Positions 33,022 to 34,728 of a stretch of DNA of 34,728 nucleotides are shown here, one piece after another. The notes beneath the pieces were generated by a model. It did no database searches. It was not told the DNA's origin and worked only from the letters and a program-made list of their open reading frames with translations. The stretch is taken from NCBI GenBank assembly GCA_038087875.1, contig JAXLNO010000557.1, forward strand, positions 1 through 34,728, given 5' to 3'. This stretch comes from Malacoraja senta. Its lineage: Eukaryota. Numbering within the stretch: position 1 is the stretch's first letter; each line of letters starts with the position of its first letter. The translations under genes were made by a program, and so were the position numbers.

Positions 33022-33098
33022 CTGTTGCTACCACCATCAGAGCTGCAGGAACACCGAAAGCTAAAGCGTACACTCGCCACCAAAGCACGTCACGTCCG
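33022..33098 (-). CDS. slc15a2: slc15a2 exon ~7 (77 nt; apparent 1-nt deletion between 33070 and 33071)
   Basis: ttctcattcag|CG GAC GTG ACG TGC TTT GGT GGC GAG TG- TAC GCT TTA GCT TTC GGT GTT CCT GCA GCT CTG ATG GTG GTA GCA ACA G|gtaagc, giving DVTCFGGE(C)YALAFGVPAALMVVAT; compare human GDVQCFGEDCYALAFGVPGLLMVIAL. Confidence 0.9.
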
Positions 33099-33199
33099 CT
33101 GAATGAGAACACAAGGCAACGTCAATGCGGACACAAGCGCTGAGTTTAAGGTTTAGGTTTATTATTATCACTTCTACGAAGGTACATTGAGCAGCTTCA

Positions 33200-33582
33200 A
33201 GCTCACAAATTCACAGGTTATAGGAGTAGATTCTGGATGATTAGCCATGATCACATTGAATGGCGGGGCTGGTTCGAAGGGCCGAATGGCCTACTCCTGC
33301 ACCTATTTCCTATGTTTCTATGTTTAAGGTCATCAGGTTATAAGGAATAGGAGTAGAATTAGGCCATTCGGCCCATCAAGTCTACTCCGCCATTCATTCA
33401 TGGCTAATCTATCTCTCTCTCTCTCTCCTAATCCCATTCTCCTGCCTTCCCCCCATAACCTTTGACACCCCTTCTAATCAAGAATTTGTCCTTCCCCGCC
33501 TTAAAACTCTCCACTGACTTGTCCTCCACAGCCCTCTGTGCCAATGAGTTCCACAGATTAACTGCCCTCCGACTAAAGAATG
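33200..33582. mobile_element. CR1 3' tails in both orientations
   Basis: Plus tail 33232-33322; minus tail 33330-33582. Confidence 0.8.
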
Positions 33583-33660
33583 TCTTTAAATGTAATACAC
33601 AGGAACTGCAGATGCTGATTTATGCCAAAGATAGACACAAAGTGCTGGAATAACTCAGCA

Positions 33661-34372
33661 GTGGCTGCCTCGCCAACAGTCTGTCTGTCCTTTCTTCTTT
33701 TTTGTTATTTTTAGTCTGTGATAAAAGAATGTTTTAGTGTTCCTTGGTTTGTTTTATGTGAGGGGTGGGGTTGGGGGAAACTTTTTTTCAATCTCTTACC
33801 TCGACGGAGATGCAATTTCTTTCCGTATCGTATCTCCGTCCCCACTGCGGCCTAACATCGTGGAGTTGGCGGCCTTTCCTGGAGACCGACCCGGCGCTCC
33901 AAACCGCGGGAGTCTGTGGGACTTTAACATCGCGGAGCTTGCGATTCCTTTGCAGGGGTCGATGCTCCAACCGCGGGGCCTGTGGACTTTAACATCGTGA
34001 AGCCCGCGGTCTCTGGTAAGAAAAGGCCGACTCGGGAGCTCCATGCTGCGGAGTGAGTTTCAACCGCCCTGAAGCGGGAGTTTCGATCACCCAGACGGGG
34101 GCTTCGATCGTCGCCTGCGGGGGCTTTGATCACCCCGACTGCAGATGGTTTGAGCCCCGACCGCGAGAGAACAAGAGGAGGAAGATTGAACTTTATTGCA
34201 TTCCATCACAGTGAGGAATGTGGAGTCCACTGTGGTGGATGTTTATATTAACTTTTATGTGGTTGTGTGTCTTGTTGGTTTTCACTTAGTATGGCTGTAT
34301 GGTAACTCATGTTTCACTTGACGTTAATTGGTACACGTGACAATAAACTGACCTTGAAACCTTGAAACCTTG
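33661..34372 (+). mobile_element. Unclassified ~710-bp non-autonomous retroposon with internal tandem repeats and a Rex/Babar-like tail
   Basis: Splits a pLTR repeat (taactcagca|..|gattaggcagcat); ends gtacacgtgacAATAAActg(ACCTTGAA)n; no coding potential recognised. Confidence 0.6.
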
Positions 34373-34394
34373 GATTAGGCAGCATGTAATGAAA

Positions 34395-34582
34395 ATTAAC
34401 TGCCGATGCTGGTTTAGACCAAATATTAGTCACACAATCCTAGCGTAACTCAGCGTGTCGGGCAGCATCTCTGGAGAAAATGGACAGATAATGTTTTGGG
34501 TTGGGTCTGAAGAAAGGTGCCGACCCAAAACGTCACCTATCCAGAGATGCTGCCCGACATGCTGAGTTACTCCAGTATTTCT
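34395..34582. mobile_element. Head-to-head Penelope pLTR-derived pair
   Basis: gtaactcagcgtgtcgggcagcatctctgga ... tccagagatgctgcccgacatgctgagttac inverted arms. Confidence 0.75.
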
Positions 34583-34728
34583 GGTCTAATGGTGAAAAGC
34601 TTTATTCTGCATGTTATCCAAACAGGTCAAATATACCATACATAAATACAATTGTCAAATTCAACAACAATAGATAGAGCAAAGGGGAAGATACAGAGTG
34701 CAGAATATTGTTCTCAGCATTGTAGCGT

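Larger units (their letters stand above)
3451..33098 (-). other. slc15a2: slc15a2 (PEPT2, H+/oligopeptide cotransporter) gene body; 12 internal coding exons, gene extends beyond both window ends
   Basis: Spliced translation DVTCFGGE(C)YALAFGVPAALMVVATAVFLSGSGLYKNLPPQGNI...KREHWLDWATEKYPEHVIKEIKMVTRVLFLYLPLPMFWALFDQMGSRWTLQA...IQPDQMQ...PLRRMTVGMLLAS...RFVNAYGRDLNF...YGSSTYKVVTRG is colinear with vertebrate PEPT2. DVxCFGxxCY and the 165/47/111-nt ectodomain exons favour SLC15A2 over SLC15A1. Confidence 0.93.

Noticed and set aside
3451..33098. Assignment to slc15a1 (PEPT1)
   Set aside because: The exon 7 peptide DVTCFGGE(C)Y and the ectodomain exons resemble PEPT2 more than PEPT1 (which has CGIHSKQACY); not confirmed by phylogeny.
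33845..34142. CRISPR-like repeat-spacer array
   Set aside because: Eukaryotic context, degenerate tandem units without unique spacers, no cas genes.
33099..34728. slc15a2 exon ~6 (FYLSINAGS motif)
   Set aside because: Not found; presumably upstream of the window.

Overview
Vertebrate genomic DNA, most likely a cartilaginous fish (skate/ray type, inferred from the HE1-like V-SINEs and HER1/CR1-like LINEs). The whole window lies inside one minus-strand gene, the proton-coupled oligopeptide transporter slc15a2 (PEPT2). I can read 12 consecutive internal coding exons, equivalent to human exons 7-18 (numbering from memory of the human gene), all with AG/GT boundaries and compatible phases. The first of them (33022-33098) is 77 nt instead of 78 and carries a 1-nt deletion that causes an early stop; this is either an assembly indel or a real null allele. 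The introns are almost entirely transposable elements: CR1, L2 and Rex1/Babar LINE fragments, a Penelope-like element with a GIY-YIG endonuclease, tRNA-derived V-SINEs, hAT and PIF/Harbinger-like MITEs, and an unclassified tandem-repeat retroposon. About 14 dispersed Penelope pLTR-derived repeats carry a minimal hammerhead-ribozyme core. Exon coordinates were counted exactly; most TE boundaries are approximate. All family assignments are by eye, with no database search.
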